A stretch of DNA of 64,000 nucleotides from Dehalococcoidales bacterium (GTDB taxonomy: Bacteria > Chloroflexota > Dehalococcoidia > Dehalococcoidales > RBG-16-60-22): positions 49,485 to 113,484 of the forward strand of contig JBAZGT010000003.1 of NCBI GenBank assembly GCA_041652735.1, read 5' to 3'. The translations under genes and the position numbers were made by a program. Positions 9,134-18,021 of the stretch are shown piece after piece. Each line of letters begins with the position of its first letter. Position 1 is the first letter of the stretch. The notes beneath the pieces were generated by a model, which saw only the letters and a program-made list of their open reading frames with translations, did not search any database and had not been told where the DNA came from.

Positions 9134-9601
9134 GTGTCTGAAGGAAAATACAGCCAATACGTTATCAAAGCCCCCACCCTGAAAGGGGATTTCCCCCCGC
9201 TGGCGCAGCGCATGGTCTATGACGGCCTGACCGGGGGCGGCACGGGCAACGTGGGCATAAGGTACTCCTTTTTCCACGGCCCGCCCTTCCAGTTCGAGGT
9301 GCCCCACCGCCATGATTATGACCAGTTTCTCTGTTTCCTGGGCACGCCGGAAGATGTGCGGGTCTTCGATGCCGAGGTGGAGATATGGCTGGGCGACGAG
9401 AAAGAGAAGCACACCATTACGGAGTCCACCATCGTCCACATTCCGGCGGGGCTGCTGCACTGCCCCATGAACTACAAACGGATAACCCAGCCCATCATGC
9501 TGATAAACATCACCCTGGGCGGGGAGTACGTCAAGAAAGGCGTCAAGGGGGAGCTGCTGCCCTGGCGGCCGGAACCTAAAAAGAAACCGGAAAAGAAATG
9601 A
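9134..9601 (+). CDS. small cupin-like protein of unknown function (paralogue of 49807-51194 trio)
   Basis: 155 aa, GTG start 9 nt after AGGAGG. It shares H-R-H-D-Y-D / E-V-E-I-W / IPAG..H.P blocks with the three tandem proteins at 49.8-51.2 kb. Confidence 0.6.
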   Translation: MSEGKYSQYVIKAPTLKGDFPPLAQRMVYDGLTGGGTGNVGIRYSFFHGPPFQFEVPHRHDYDQFLCFLGTPEDVRVFDAEVEIWLGDEKEKHTITESTIVHIPAGLLHCPMNYKRITQPIMLINITLGGEYVKKGVKGELLPWRPEPKKKPEKK

Positions 9602-9663
9602 CCGCCGGTTGATTGGGGGGAAAGGATTGCTGACGGGACGGCTCTTGTAGCAGTCTTTGGAGC

Positions 9664-9690
9664 GGGAGATCCCGATTTCATCGGGACGAC
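9664..9690. repeat. family B-like hairpin repeat
   Basis: gggagatcccgatttcatcgggacgac. Compare 61766-61825 (gggagtcccgat...atcgggacgacc). Confidence 0.6.
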
Positions 9691-9700
9691 TTTCTGCTGA

Positions 9701-9775
9701 TGGAGCGGGAGACGGGATTCGAACCCGCGACTTCCTGCTTGGGAAGCAGACATTCTACCACTGAATTACTCCCGC
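9701..9775 (-). tRNA. tRNA-Gly (anticodon CCC)
   Basis: Hand-folded 75 nt: acceptor GCGGGAG/CTCCCGC, D stem ATTC/GAAT, anticodon stem TCTGC/GCAGG with loop TTCCCAA, T arm GCGGG-TTCGAAT-CCCGT, encoded CCA. Confidence 0.9.
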
Positions 9776-9789
9776 TTAAGGCCATCTAA

Positions 9790-9857
9790 TTTTAGCGGAA
9801 AAGGCTGATGTTGTAAAGAATCCTTTTAGCGGAAAAGTCCGATGCTGTATAAAATCC
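9790..9857. repeat. tandem 34-bp direct repeat (2 copies)
   Basis: ttttagcggaaaaggctgatgttgtaaagaatcc | ttttagcggaaaagtccgatgctgtataaaatcc, about 80% identical by eye. Confidence 0.85.
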
Positions 9858-9931
9858 GCGGGCGTAAAATAAGGATGGTATCAGGAGGATTCTATAAGTT
9901 TATTAAATAAATAATATACAAAGTGTAACAT

Positions 9932-9960
9932 TTGACTTTTTTTTATGGCATTGATATACT
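9932..9960 (+). promoter_or_regulatory. near-consensus sigma70-type promoter for the methyltransferase operon
   Basis: TTGACT, 17-nt spacer, TATACT, about 85 nt upstream of the corrinoid protein ATG (10046). Confidence 0.5.
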
Positions 9961-10045
9961 CGCCATGAATGTTTGCACTTGAAATTGAATCAGGCAGACT
10001 GTTAGAATTTCAGGTATACCAAAAAAACTTAAGGAGGATGAAGGT

Positions 10046-10681
10046 ATGTCCGAAGATTTTGTGAATTTGTTGGCGGATCTTAAGGAGGATGAGGTCCTGA
10101 AGCTCGTCAAGCAGCGGCTTGATGCTAAAGAAGACCCTCTGAAAATCCTGGAAGATGCCCGGAAGGGTATGGAAATAGTCGGCAAGCGCTTTGCCGGCGG
10201 CGAATATTTCCTCCCCGAGCTCGTCTTTTCCGGCGAGCTGCTCGCCCAGGTTACCAATATCGTTAAACCCCACCTCACCGGGTCCGGAGTCCAGGTCAAG
10301 AAAATCGGCAAGGTCGTCATCGGCACCGTCGCCGGCGATATTCACGATATCGGCCTGAACATCGTCGACTTCATGCTGGATGTCAACGGCTTCGAGGTCA
10401 CCAACCTCGGCGTTGACGTGCCGGTGGAAAAGTTCGTCAAAGCCATGAAAGACACCAAAGCGCCGGTCCTCGGCCTGAGCGGCTTCCTTACCCCCGCCTT
10501 TGACGCCATGAAAGAAACGGTAGAGGCGCTGGAAAAAGCCGGCCTGCGCAAGGACATCAAAATCATGATCGGCGGCGGCCAGATGGACGATGAGGTCCGC
10601 AAGTACGCCAAAGCCGATGCCTTCGGTAAAGACGCCATGGCGGCAGTCACCCTGTCCCAGAAGTGGATCGGTACGAAATAA
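10046..10681 (+). CDS. corrinoid (cobalamin-binding) protein, MtaC/MtbC-like
   Basis: 211 aa with an N-terminal helical cap plus Rossmann B12 domain carrying the DxHxxG motif (GDIHDIG). RBS aaggagga. Confidence 0.9.
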   Translation: MSEDFVNLLADLKEDEVLKLVKQRLDAKEDPLKILEDARKGMEIVGKRFAGGEYFLPELVFSGELLAQVTNIVKPHLTGSGVQVKKIGKVVIGTVAGDIHDIGLNIVDFMLDVNGFEVTNLGVDVPVEKFVKAMKDTKAPVLGLSGFLTPAFDAMKETVEALEKAGLRKDIKIMIGGGQMDDEVRKYAKADAFGKDAMAAVTLSQKWIGTK

Positions 10682-10683
10682 CC

Positions 10684-12015
10684 ATGGAAAAGACATGGGC
10701 GGAGTTATCTCCGGAAGAAAAGCGCCAGGAACGCTTTAAGCGGTGGCTTTCTCCGCCGGGTGTCACCTTTGCCACCCCGCAAGCTGAAAAGCTCTATAAA
10801 GAGCGGGTCACCAGGTTCATCAAGGCGTTTTCCCTGCAAAAGCCGGACCGGGTTCCCTGTATCCTCCCCACCGGCTTTTACGCGGCCGCTTACGCCGGCA
10901 CCAATCTCGGCACGGTCATGTATGACTATGACGAGATGAAACGCGCCTGGCTCAAGACGCTGCACGACTTCGACGGGGATACCTACGTTCCCCCCGCCCT
11001 CGTGCCGCCCGGCCGCTCGCTGGATGCCGTGGACTACAAACTGTACAAGTGGCCCGGCCACGGCCTGGCCAAGACCACGCTTTCCTACCAGGCGGTGGAA
11101 GGCGAATGGATGAAGCCCGGTGAGTACGATGCCCTGATTAGAGACCCCTCTGATTTCTGGCTGCGCACCTATATGCCGCGGGTCTTCGGCGCGCTTAAGG
11201 CCTTTACCCAGCTCCCGCCACTGACCGGCTTTGAGGAAATAGCCACCCAGTCTTTCCTGCCCTTCGGCAACCCGGAGGTGCAGGCCGGCTTCAACGCATT
11301 AATGCAGGCCGGCAATGAAAGCCTCAAGTGGATAGCCGTGGTGGGTGAGGTGGCGGGGCAGTCCCTGTCCCTGGGGTTCCCCGGCGTGATGAGCGGCCTG
11401 GCCAAAGCCCCCTTTGATACGCTGGGAGATACCCTGCGCGGCACGCAGGGCATTATGATGGACATGTTCCAGCGGCCGCAGAAAGTCCATGAAGCCATGG
11501 AAAGGATAGTGCCCATCGCCGTGGAAGGAGCGCTCGCCTCGGTGGCCAATGCCGCGGCGCCCGTTATCATCATGCCGCTCCACAAGGGCGCGGATACTTT
11601 CATGTCCGTCAAGCAGTACGAGACCTTCTACTGGCCTACCTTCAGAAAGGTGGTCATGGCGCTGGTCAATGAAGGCGTTTTCCCCATGCTCTTCGCCGAG
11701 GGAAGCTACAATAAGCGACTCGATATCATCGGCGATTTTCCCAAGGGCTCGGTAGCCTGGTACTTCGACCAGACGGATATCTTTGAAGCGAAGAAGAAAA
11801 TCGGCGATAGATGCTGTATTGTCGGCAACGTGCCCACCTCCATGATAATGACGGGCACCCCGCAGCAGGTTAAGGAACACTGCCGGAAACTCATTGAAGG
11901 CTGCGCCCCGGGCGGCGGCTACGTGCTCGCCGGCGGCGCCAACGTCGATGAGGGCAACCCGGAAAACCTGCGGGCCATGATGGCCGCGGTCAGAGAATAC
12001 GGCGTTTATAAATAA
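10684..12015 (+). CDS. corrinoid-dependent methyltransferase, URO-D/MtaA-like family, paralogue 1 of 7
   Basis: Start moved to ATG 10684 (MEKTWAELSPEEKRQERFKRWL) by alignment with the paralogues. Carries the PLHKGADTFMSVKQYETFYWPTF and CRKLIEGCAPGGGYVL blocks. Confidence 0.85.
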   Translation: MEKTWAELSPEEKRQERFKRWLSPPGVTFATPQAEKLYKERVTRFIKAFSLQKPDRVPCILPTGFYAAAYAGTNLGTVMYDYDEMKRAWLKTLHDFDGDTYVPPALVPPGRSLDAVDYKLYKWPGHGLAKTTLSYQAVEGEWMKPGEYDALIRDPSDFWLRTYMPRVFGALKAFTQLPPLTGFEEIATQSFLPFGNPEVQAGFNALMQAGNESLKWIAVVGEVAGQSLSLGFPGVMSGLAKAPFDTLGDTLRGTQGIMMDMFQRPQKVHEAMERIVPIAVEGALASVANAAAPVIIMPLHKGADTFMSVKQYETFYWPTFRKVVMALVNEGVFPMLFAEGSYNKRLDIIGDFPKGSVAWYFDQTDIFEAKKKIGDRCCIVGNVPTSMIMTGTPQQVKEHCRKLIEGCAPGGGYVLAGGANVDEGNPENLRAMMAAVREYGVYK

Positions 12016-12112
12016 TAAGCACGGCTGATTAGCTGGCAGTGCTCGCCTATCATCCTTTCTCCCGGCTGGCGGCACTGCCGCTTATTAAGCGGTTGTCTCT
12101 GGAAGGATTGAC

Positions 12113-13441
12113 ATGGAAAAAGAATGGTCGGAGATGACCTGGCAGGAAAAACGCGAGCAGCGCTTCAGCCGATGGCTTTCCGCCGCCGATGTCAAGTTTA
12201 AAAACCCGGAAGCGGCTAAAAAATATAAAGTCCGCGCCACCCGGATGATTAAAGCTATCAAAATGGAAATCCCGGACCGCGTTCCGGTGCATATCGCCGC
12301 CAACTCTTTCGTCGCCTACAACGCCGGCTATACTCTTAAAGACGTCCTGTATGATTACTCCAAGATTTACCCCGCCTGGGAGAAGTTCATCACGGAGTTT
12401 GACCAGGACTCCAATGATACCCCCGGCTTTTTCCCCGCCCGGGTCTACGAGCTGCTCGGCAACCAGATAACCAAGTGGCCGGGCGGCGGCCTGCCGGACA
12501 ACGCCTCCCTCCAGAACTTCGTGGAAAAGGACTACATGCAGGCGGACGAATACGACCTTTTTATGAAAGACCAGTTCGACTTCGGGACGCGGTTCTTTAC
12601 CCCCCGCACCTGGAGCGCTTTCGCGCCCCTGGCCAAATTGCCTCCCCTCACCTCCTACCAGGGCCTGCCCAACCAGCTCATGGCCCTGTGCCTGGACCCG
12701 GAGTTCCGGCAGATGTTCAAGAAAATCCAGGCGGCCGCGGCGGAGCAGGCCAAATTCAACGAGGTAATGGGGAAATGCGCCCGGCTCTCCATCGAGTCCG
12801 GCTACCCGCCGCTGGCGGGCGGCGTCATGCTGGCCCCGTTCGATACCGTGGCGGATATGCTGCGCGGCACCCACGGCTCGGTCATGGACATGTACCGCCA
12901 GCCGGAAAAGCTGCTGGAATCGCTGGAAGTTATCGCGGAGCACAGCATCAAGTCCACGGTAAACATGGCCGCCATGTCCCGCAGTCCCATCGTCTTCGTC
13001 CCCATGCACAAGGGCGATGACAGCTTTATGTCCGTCAAGCAGTTCGAGAAGTTCTACTGGCCCACCTTCCGCAAGCTTCTCCTGGGCGTGGTCGATGCTG
13101 GCCTGGTGCCGATGATGGTCATCGACGGCAGCTATAACGAGCAGCGCCTCAAGATTATCAGCGAGCTGCCGCGCACCTGCTGCGTCTGGACGATGGAAAA
13201 AACGGATATGTTCAAGGCCAAGGATATCCTGGGCAATGCCGCCTGCATCTCCGGCAACGTTACCGCGGCGCAGCTTTATACCCAGCAGCCCCCCGCCATT
13301 AAAGAGTACTGCCGCAAGCTGATTGAGTACTGCGGCCAGGGCGGCGGCTATATCCTGTCGCTCGGCTCCGGTATTGATAAATGCAACCCGGCCAATCTGC
13401 ACGCCATCGTAGAAGCCGCCGAAGAATACGGATATTATTAG
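12113..13441 (+). CDS. URO-D/MtaA-like methyltransferase, paralogue 2 of 7
   Basis: 442 aa with MEKEWSEMTWQEKREQRFSRWL, PMHKGDDSFMSVKQFEKFYWPTF and CRKLIEYCGQGGGYIL. Confidence 0.85.
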   Translation: MEKEWSEMTWQEKREQRFSRWLSAADVKFKNPEAAKKYKVRATRMIKAIKMEIPDRVPVHIAANSFVAYNAGYTLKDVLYDYSKIYPAWEKFITEFDQDSNDTPGFFPARVYELLGNQITKWPGGGLPDNASLQNFVEKDYMQADEYDLFMKDQFDFGTRFFTPRTWSAFAPLAKLPPLTSYQGLPNQLMALCLDPEFRQMFKKIQAAAAEQAKFNEVMGKCARLSIESGYPPLAGGVMLAPFDTVADMLRGTHGSVMDMYRQPEKLLESLEVIAEHSIKSTVNMAAMSRSPIVFVPMHKGDDSFMSVKQFEKFYWPTFRKLLLGVVDAGLVPMMVIDGSYNEQRLKIISELPRTCCVWTMEKTDMFKAKDILGNAACISGNVTAAQLYTQQPPAIKEYCRKLIEYCGQGGGYILSLGSGIDKCNPANLHAIVEAAEEYGYY

Positions 13442-13609
13442 GGGGGAAACCGGGACATTACACTGTTAAAGTCTATTTAAAGACCAATAACCGGAAAAAA
13501 AGACCGGACAAACATGCGTCCGGTCATGCAGATACAAAAAGATATTAACCGTCTGTCTCCTGGTTGTTGGTCATTTTATTGCAGCGCTATTAAGAAGGAG
13601 GATTTGACC

Positions 13610-14953
13610 GTGGCGGAAACTAAAAAATGGGAAGACATGACCTGGCAGGAAAAACGGGAGGAGCGCTTTAAGCGGTGGCTCAACCCGCCGGATGTAAAAT
13701 TCGTCAGCAAGGAAGCGGAACAGCTTTACAAGGCGCGCGCGACCCGCTTCATCAAGGCCATCAAGCTGGAAGAGCCGGACCGCGTGCCGGTAATGCTCCC
13801 CACCGGCAATTTCCCCGCCTACTGGGCCGGGGAGAGCTTCCGCACCCTGATGTATGACTATGATAAAGGGACGGAAATCTGGAAGAAATACCTTAAGGCC
13901 TTCGGGGATATGGATACCTTCAACGGCCCCGCCCTGGTGCCTTCCGGCAAGATAGCGGCCGCCATCCCCTCCAAGCTCCAGAAACTGCCCGGCCTGGGCC
14001 TGCCGGAAGACGCCACCATGAACCAGTTCGTCGAAGGCGAGTACATGATGGCCGATGAGTACGACCGCTATATGCTGGACCCGTCCGATTATAACCTGCG
14101 GGTGATGCTGCCCCGCACCTCCCCCTTCTTCGATGCTTTCAAACGCCTGCCGCCCTTCCGCGCCCTCATGGGCACGAGCTGGGTGTCCGTTATGGCGGAC
14201 CCGGAGATACGCCATATTTTCCAGACCCTGATGAACTTGACGGATGAGCAGAATAAATGGATGAAAGCCAACCTGGAAATCAGTAATTATATTAAAGAAC
14301 TGGGCTATCCTTCCCTGTTCGGCGGCGGCATTATGGCCGGCGCGCCCTTCGACCATTTTGCGGACGCGCTGCGCGGCACGCAGGGCATCGCCCGGGACAT
14401 GTTCCGCCAGCCCAAGAAACTGCACCAGGCTATGGAATATTACCTGAACATGACCATCGAGACCACCATTAAAAATTTCCCGATGACCTCCAGCCCCGTC
14501 TGCATCATGCCCCTGCACAAAGGCGACGATTCCTTTATGTCCGATAAGCAGTTCGCCGAGTTTTACTGGCCGACCTACCGCCGGCTGCTCCTGGCCATGG
14601 TGGACGAGGGACTGGTGCCCATGCCCTTCGCCGAGGGACGCTATAACAACCGCCTCAAGCAGATTACGGATACCCCTCCCAGCGGCGTGGTCTGGTACTT
14701 CGACCAGACGGATATGAAGGAAGCCAAACGCATTCTGGGGGACGTCTGCTGCATCGCCGGCAACGTGCCCACCTCCGTAGTCATTAAAGGCTCCGTCCCG
14801 CAGGTGAAAGACTGCTGTAAAAAGCTTATCGAGGACTGCGCCCCGGGCGGCGGGTTCATCCTGGCCGGCGGCGCCAGCATCGATACCGGCAAGATAGAAA
14901 ACCTCCAGGCCATGATGGACGCGGCCAAGGAGTATGGAGTGTATAAAAAGTAA
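13610..14953 (+). CDS. URO-D/MtaA-like methyltransferase, paralogue 3 of 7
   Basis: In-frame GTG at 13610, 7 nt after aaggagga, gives (M)AETKKWEDMTWQEKREERFKRWL. The longer track ORF (13514) has no paralogue support. Confidence 0.8.
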   Translation: MAETKKWEDMTWQEKREERFKRWLNPPDVKFVSKEAEQLYKARATRFIKAIKLEEPDRVPVMLPTGNFPAYWAGESFRTLMYDYDKGTEIWKKYLKAFGDMDTFNGPALVPSGKIAAAIPSKLQKLPGLGLPEDATMNQFVEGEYMMADEYDRYMLDPSDYNLRVMLPRTSPFFDAFKRLPPFRALMGTSWVSVMADPEIRHIFQTLMNLTDEQNKWMKANLEISNYIKELGYPSLFGGGIMAGAPFDHFADALRGTQGIARDMFRQPKKLHQAMEYYLNMTIETTIKNFPMTSSPVCIMPLHKGDDSFMSDKQFAEFYWPTYRRLLLAMVDEGLVPMPFAEGRYNNRLKQITDTPPSGVVWYFDQTDMKEAKRILGDVCCIAGNVPTSVVIKGSVPQVKDCCKKLIEDCAPGGGFILAGGASIDTGKIENLQAMMDAAKEYGVYKK

Positions 14954-14961
14954 ATTAAATT

Positions 14962-15082
14962 GTCATTGCTAGCCCCGACGGCATTCTCAACAACCGGCTT
15001 GAACGATAGATAGGGATTGCCGCGCTTGCGTGCCGTAACATACTTCAGCGTGCAGGCGCGTCGCTTCGCTCCTCGCAATGAC
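14962..15082. repeat. composite family B repeat (GTCATTGC ... GCAATGAC)
   Basis: Terminal inverted 8-mers gtcattgc / gcaatgac. The inner segment cgcttcgctcctcgcaatgac is the reverse of the common 'gtcattgcgaggagcgaagcg' unit. Confidence 0.7.
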
Positions 15083-15118
15083 ACCGCAAATAGAAAAAAC
15101 AAAAATTGGAGGCAGCAA

Positions 15119-16453
15119 GTGTTTACCAGACCGGATAATTGGAAAGACCTTACCTGGCAGCAGAAACGGGACCTGCGCCTGAATTACTGGATGAGCGCGC
15201 CGGGCGTGAAATTCGATAGCAAGGAAGCGGAACGGACCTTTAAAGCCCGCGCCGCCCGCCTGGCCAAAGCCGCTAAAATGGAGCTGCCGGACCGCGTACC
15301 CTGCATGCTGCCCACCGGCTGGTTCCCGGCCAAGAACGCCGGCGTCAACCTTAAAGAGGTGATGTATAACCCGGAGCTGATGAAAAAGGTCTGGCTCAAG
15401 TTCGTGGACGAATATGAATCGGACTCGTTTGACGGCACCCTTTTCTTCCAGGCCCAGGTCAATGACATCATGGACGCCAAGACGCAGAAATGGCCCGGTC
15501 ACGGCCTGCCGGATAACGCCCATTCCTACCAGTACGTCGAGGGCGTTTACATGAAAGCGGACGAGTACGACCTTTTTATGAAAGACCCCTTTGATTTCCA
15601 GCTGCGCAAGCTTTTGCCCCGCACCATGGGCGTCTTCGAGCCTTTTGCGGACGTCCCGTCTTTTTCCTCGTACCAGGGCCTGCCCAACCGCCTGATGGCC
15701 ATGTGCCTGGACCCCCGCTTCCAGAAGCTTTTCAAGGCTATTCAGGAGGCCAGCCAGTACCTCCCCGCCTTCGGCAAAGCCACCGCTGAGACCACCGCCG
15801 CGGCCGCCGCCCGGGGTTTCCCCATGTTCCGCGGCGGCATGGCCGTCGCCCCCTTTGACGTTTTCGCGGACAGCCTGCGCGGCACCCAGGGCATCGTCAT
15901 GGACATGTTCCGCCAGCCGGACAAGATACACGAGGCGATGGAGTTCGTCCTGCCACAGCTGGTCTCCGGCGCTATCGCCATGTGTGACGCCGCCGATTGC
16001 CCGGTGGTCATGATGCCCCTGCACAAGGGCGATGACACCTTCATGTCCGACAAGCAGTTCGAGGTGTTCTACTGGCCCACCTTCCGCCGCCTGCTCCTGG
16101 GTATGGTGGAGGAAGGCCTGGTGCCTTACCCGGTGGCGGAAGGCGCTTACAACCGCCGCCTGGAAGTTATTTCCGATATGCCCAAGTCCGCCGTCTGCTG
16201 GATGTTCGACCAGACCAACATGGCTAACGCCAAGAAAACGGTCGGCAGGGTGTCCTGTATCGCCGGCAACGTGCCGGTTTCCATCGCTTACACCGGTACC
16301 GCCAAAGACATGAAGGAAGCCTGCCGCAAGCTTATCGAGACCTGCGCCCCCGGCGGCGGCTATATCCTTACCGGCGGCGCCACTTTTGATATGGCCAAGC
16401 CGGAAAACCTGCACGCCATGATGGACGCGGCCAAGGAGTATGGCAAGTACTAA
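15119..16453 (+). CDS. URO-D/MtaA-like methyltransferase, paralogue 4 of 7
   Basis: In-frame GTG at 15119 after ggagg gives (M)FTRPDNWKDLTWQQKRDLRLNYWM. Carries PLHKGDDTFMSDKQFEVFYWPTF. Confidence 0.8.
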   Translation: MFTRPDNWKDLTWQQKRDLRLNYWMSAPGVKFDSKEAERTFKARAARLAKAAKMELPDRVPCMLPTGWFPAKNAGVNLKEVMYNPELMKKVWLKFVDEYESDSFDGTLFFQAQVNDIMDAKTQKWPGHGLPDNAHSYQYVEGVYMKADEYDLFMKDPFDFQLRKLLPRTMGVFEPFADVPSFSSYQGLPNRLMAMCLDPRFQKLFKAIQEASQYLPAFGKATAETTAAAAARGFPMFRGGMAVAPFDVFADSLRGTQGIVMDMFRQPDKIHEAMEFVLPQLVSGAIAMCDAADCPVVMMPLHKGDDTFMSDKQFEVFYWPTFRRLLLGMVEEGLVPYPVAEGAYNRRLEVISDMPKSAVCWMFDQTNMANAKKTVGRVSCIAGNVPVSIAYTGTAKDMKEACRKLIETCAPGGGYILTGGATFDMAKPENLHAMMDAAKEYGKY

Positions 16454-16578
16454 GAACTAAATAAAGCCGTCATTACCTGCCGTCCCGGTGAGACCTCTTT
16501 TATACCCCCGCGCACCGGGAGTCGCGGCAGTGTCACGCGTTGCCCAAAAATCTAATCTCGTTTATCAGGAGGATAATC

Positions 16579-17919
16579 ATGGAAGGTATCGCTAACTGGA
16601 AAGAACTGACCCCGGACCAGAAAAGAGAACTGAGGTTCAAACGCTGGCTGGACGCGCCCGGCGTTAAATTCAAGGACAAGGAAGCGGAAAAGCTGTACAA
16701 GACCAGGGTCGGCCGCTTCATTAAAGCCATCAACATGGAAGAGGCGGACCGCGTTCCCTGCAACCTGCCGGTGGGCTATTTCCCCGCCTACTATGCCGGG
16801 TACGACCTCAAGACCGTGATGTACGACTATGAAAAACAGCGTGACGCCTGGCTGAAGTTCATGTATGACTTCGGGGATATGGACAGCTACGGCGGCCCCG
16901 GCCTGGTGCTGCCGGCCAAGGCGCTGGAAATCATGGACCACAAGCTGCACAAGTGGCCGGGCCACGGCATCGCCGACGATGTGCCTTCTTACCAGTTCGT
17001 GGAAGGCGAATACATGAAAAAAGACGAATACGAGCACCTGATTCAGGACCCGTCCGATTTCTGGCTGCGGGTTTTCATGCCCCGCCAGGCCGGCATCTTC
17101 GCCCCGCTGAAAAACTTTCTCCACCTCAACCCGATGATCGGCCTGCCCATCGGCACCATACCGGCCCTCTCCACCCCGGAAATGCAGGACATGTTCAAGA
17201 AAGTCTGGGCCGCTGGCGAGGAGATGAACAAGTGGATGAAAATGGTCGGCGAGGTCAGCCGCACCGCGCTATCGCTGGGCTATCCCGGTTTCAGCAGCGG
17301 TGGTTTCTCCGGCGCCCCGTTCGATATGCTCACGGACATGCTCCGCGGCACCCAGGGCATTTTCATGGATATTTTCCGTCAGCCGGATAAAATCCAAGAA
17401 GCTATGGAGCGGATAACGCCCATCGTCATCGAGGAGGCGGTAAAGTCCGCCGAGCACTCTATCTCCCCCATCATCATGATGCCCCTGCACAAAGGGGAAA
17501 AAGGCTTCATGTCCCCCAAGCAGTTCGAGACTTTCTACTGGCCTACCTTCAAGAAAGTCCTGCTGGGCATTATCGAGGAAGGCCTTATCCCCATGCCCTT
17601 CGCCGAGGGCAACTATATCCCCCGCCTGGATGTTATCCAGGACATGCCCAGGGGCTCTCTCATCTGGTACTTCGAGTATATGGACATGGCCCAGGCCAAA
17701 AAGACGGTCGGCCGGACCAACTGCATTTGCGGCAATCTGCCTGTTTCCATTATGGTTACCGGCACGGCCAAAGAAGTCAAGGAAGGCTGCCGCAAGCTTA
17801 TCGAGGACTGCGCCCCCGGCGGCGGCTATATCCTCACCGCGGCCGCCAGCGTGGACAAAGGCAAGATTGAAAACCTCCACGCCATGATGGACGCGGCGGT
17901 GGAGTACGGAAAGTACTAG
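16579..17919 (+). CDS. URO-D/MtaA-like methyltransferase, paralogue 5 of 7
   Basis: ATG 16579 after caggagga gives MEGIANWKELTPDQKRELRFKRWL. Carries PLHKGEKGFMSPKQFETFYWPTF. Confidence 0.85.
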   Translation: MEGIANWKELTPDQKRELRFKRWLDAPGVKFKDKEAEKLYKTRVGRFIKAINMEEADRVPCNLPVGYFPAYYAGYDLKTVMYDYEKQRDAWLKFMYDFGDMDSYGGPGLVLPAKALEIMDHKLHKWPGHGIADDVPSYQFVEGEYMKKDEYEHLIQDPSDFWLRVFMPRQAGIFAPLKNFLHLNPMIGLPIGTIPALSTPEMQDMFKKVWAAGEEMNKWMKMVGEVSRTALSLGYPGFSSGGFSGAPFDMLTDMLRGTQGIFMDIFRQPDKIQEAMERITPIVIEEAVKSAEHSISPIIMMPLHKGEKGFMSPKQFETFYWPTFKKVLLGIIEEGLIPMPFAEGNYIPRLDVIQDMPRGSLIWYFEYMDMAQAKKTVGRTNCICGNLPVSIMVTGTAKEVKEGCRKLIEDCAPGGGYILTAAASVDKGKIENLHAMMDAAVEYGKY

Positions 17920-17933
17920 GAGTAAAGAAGAAG

Positions 17934-17998
17934 TTGACGGTAATAAGTAAACAGTATCCCCCCTTCTCCCCAACTGAAAACTGTCAACTGTAAACTAT
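17934..17998. repeat. family A repeat
   Basis: gacggtaataagtaaacagt-atccccccttctcccc-aactgaaaactgtcaactgtaaact. Confidence 0.8.
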
Positions 17999-18021
17999 AT
18001 ACTATCCACCAGAGGTGAAAC

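Noticed and set aside
10663-10683. Longest-ORF starts for several genes: GTG 10663, 13514, TTG 15017, 16540, TTG 20828, TTG 53416, 58708, 61038 and 63167.
   Set aside because: Paralogue alignment and RBS placement support the downstream starts listed in the features. The upstream extensions overlap neighbouring genes or repeat elements.
12050-13402. Very long antisense ORFs opposite the methyltransferase genes (12050-13402, 14987-16414, 17995-19419, 19450-20418, 20726-21838, 11299-12075, 13571-14518).
   Set aside because: Their products are Gly/Arg/Ala/His-rich low-complexity strings without motifs. They mirror well-supported sense genes in ~60% GC DNA, which is typical of shadow ORFs.
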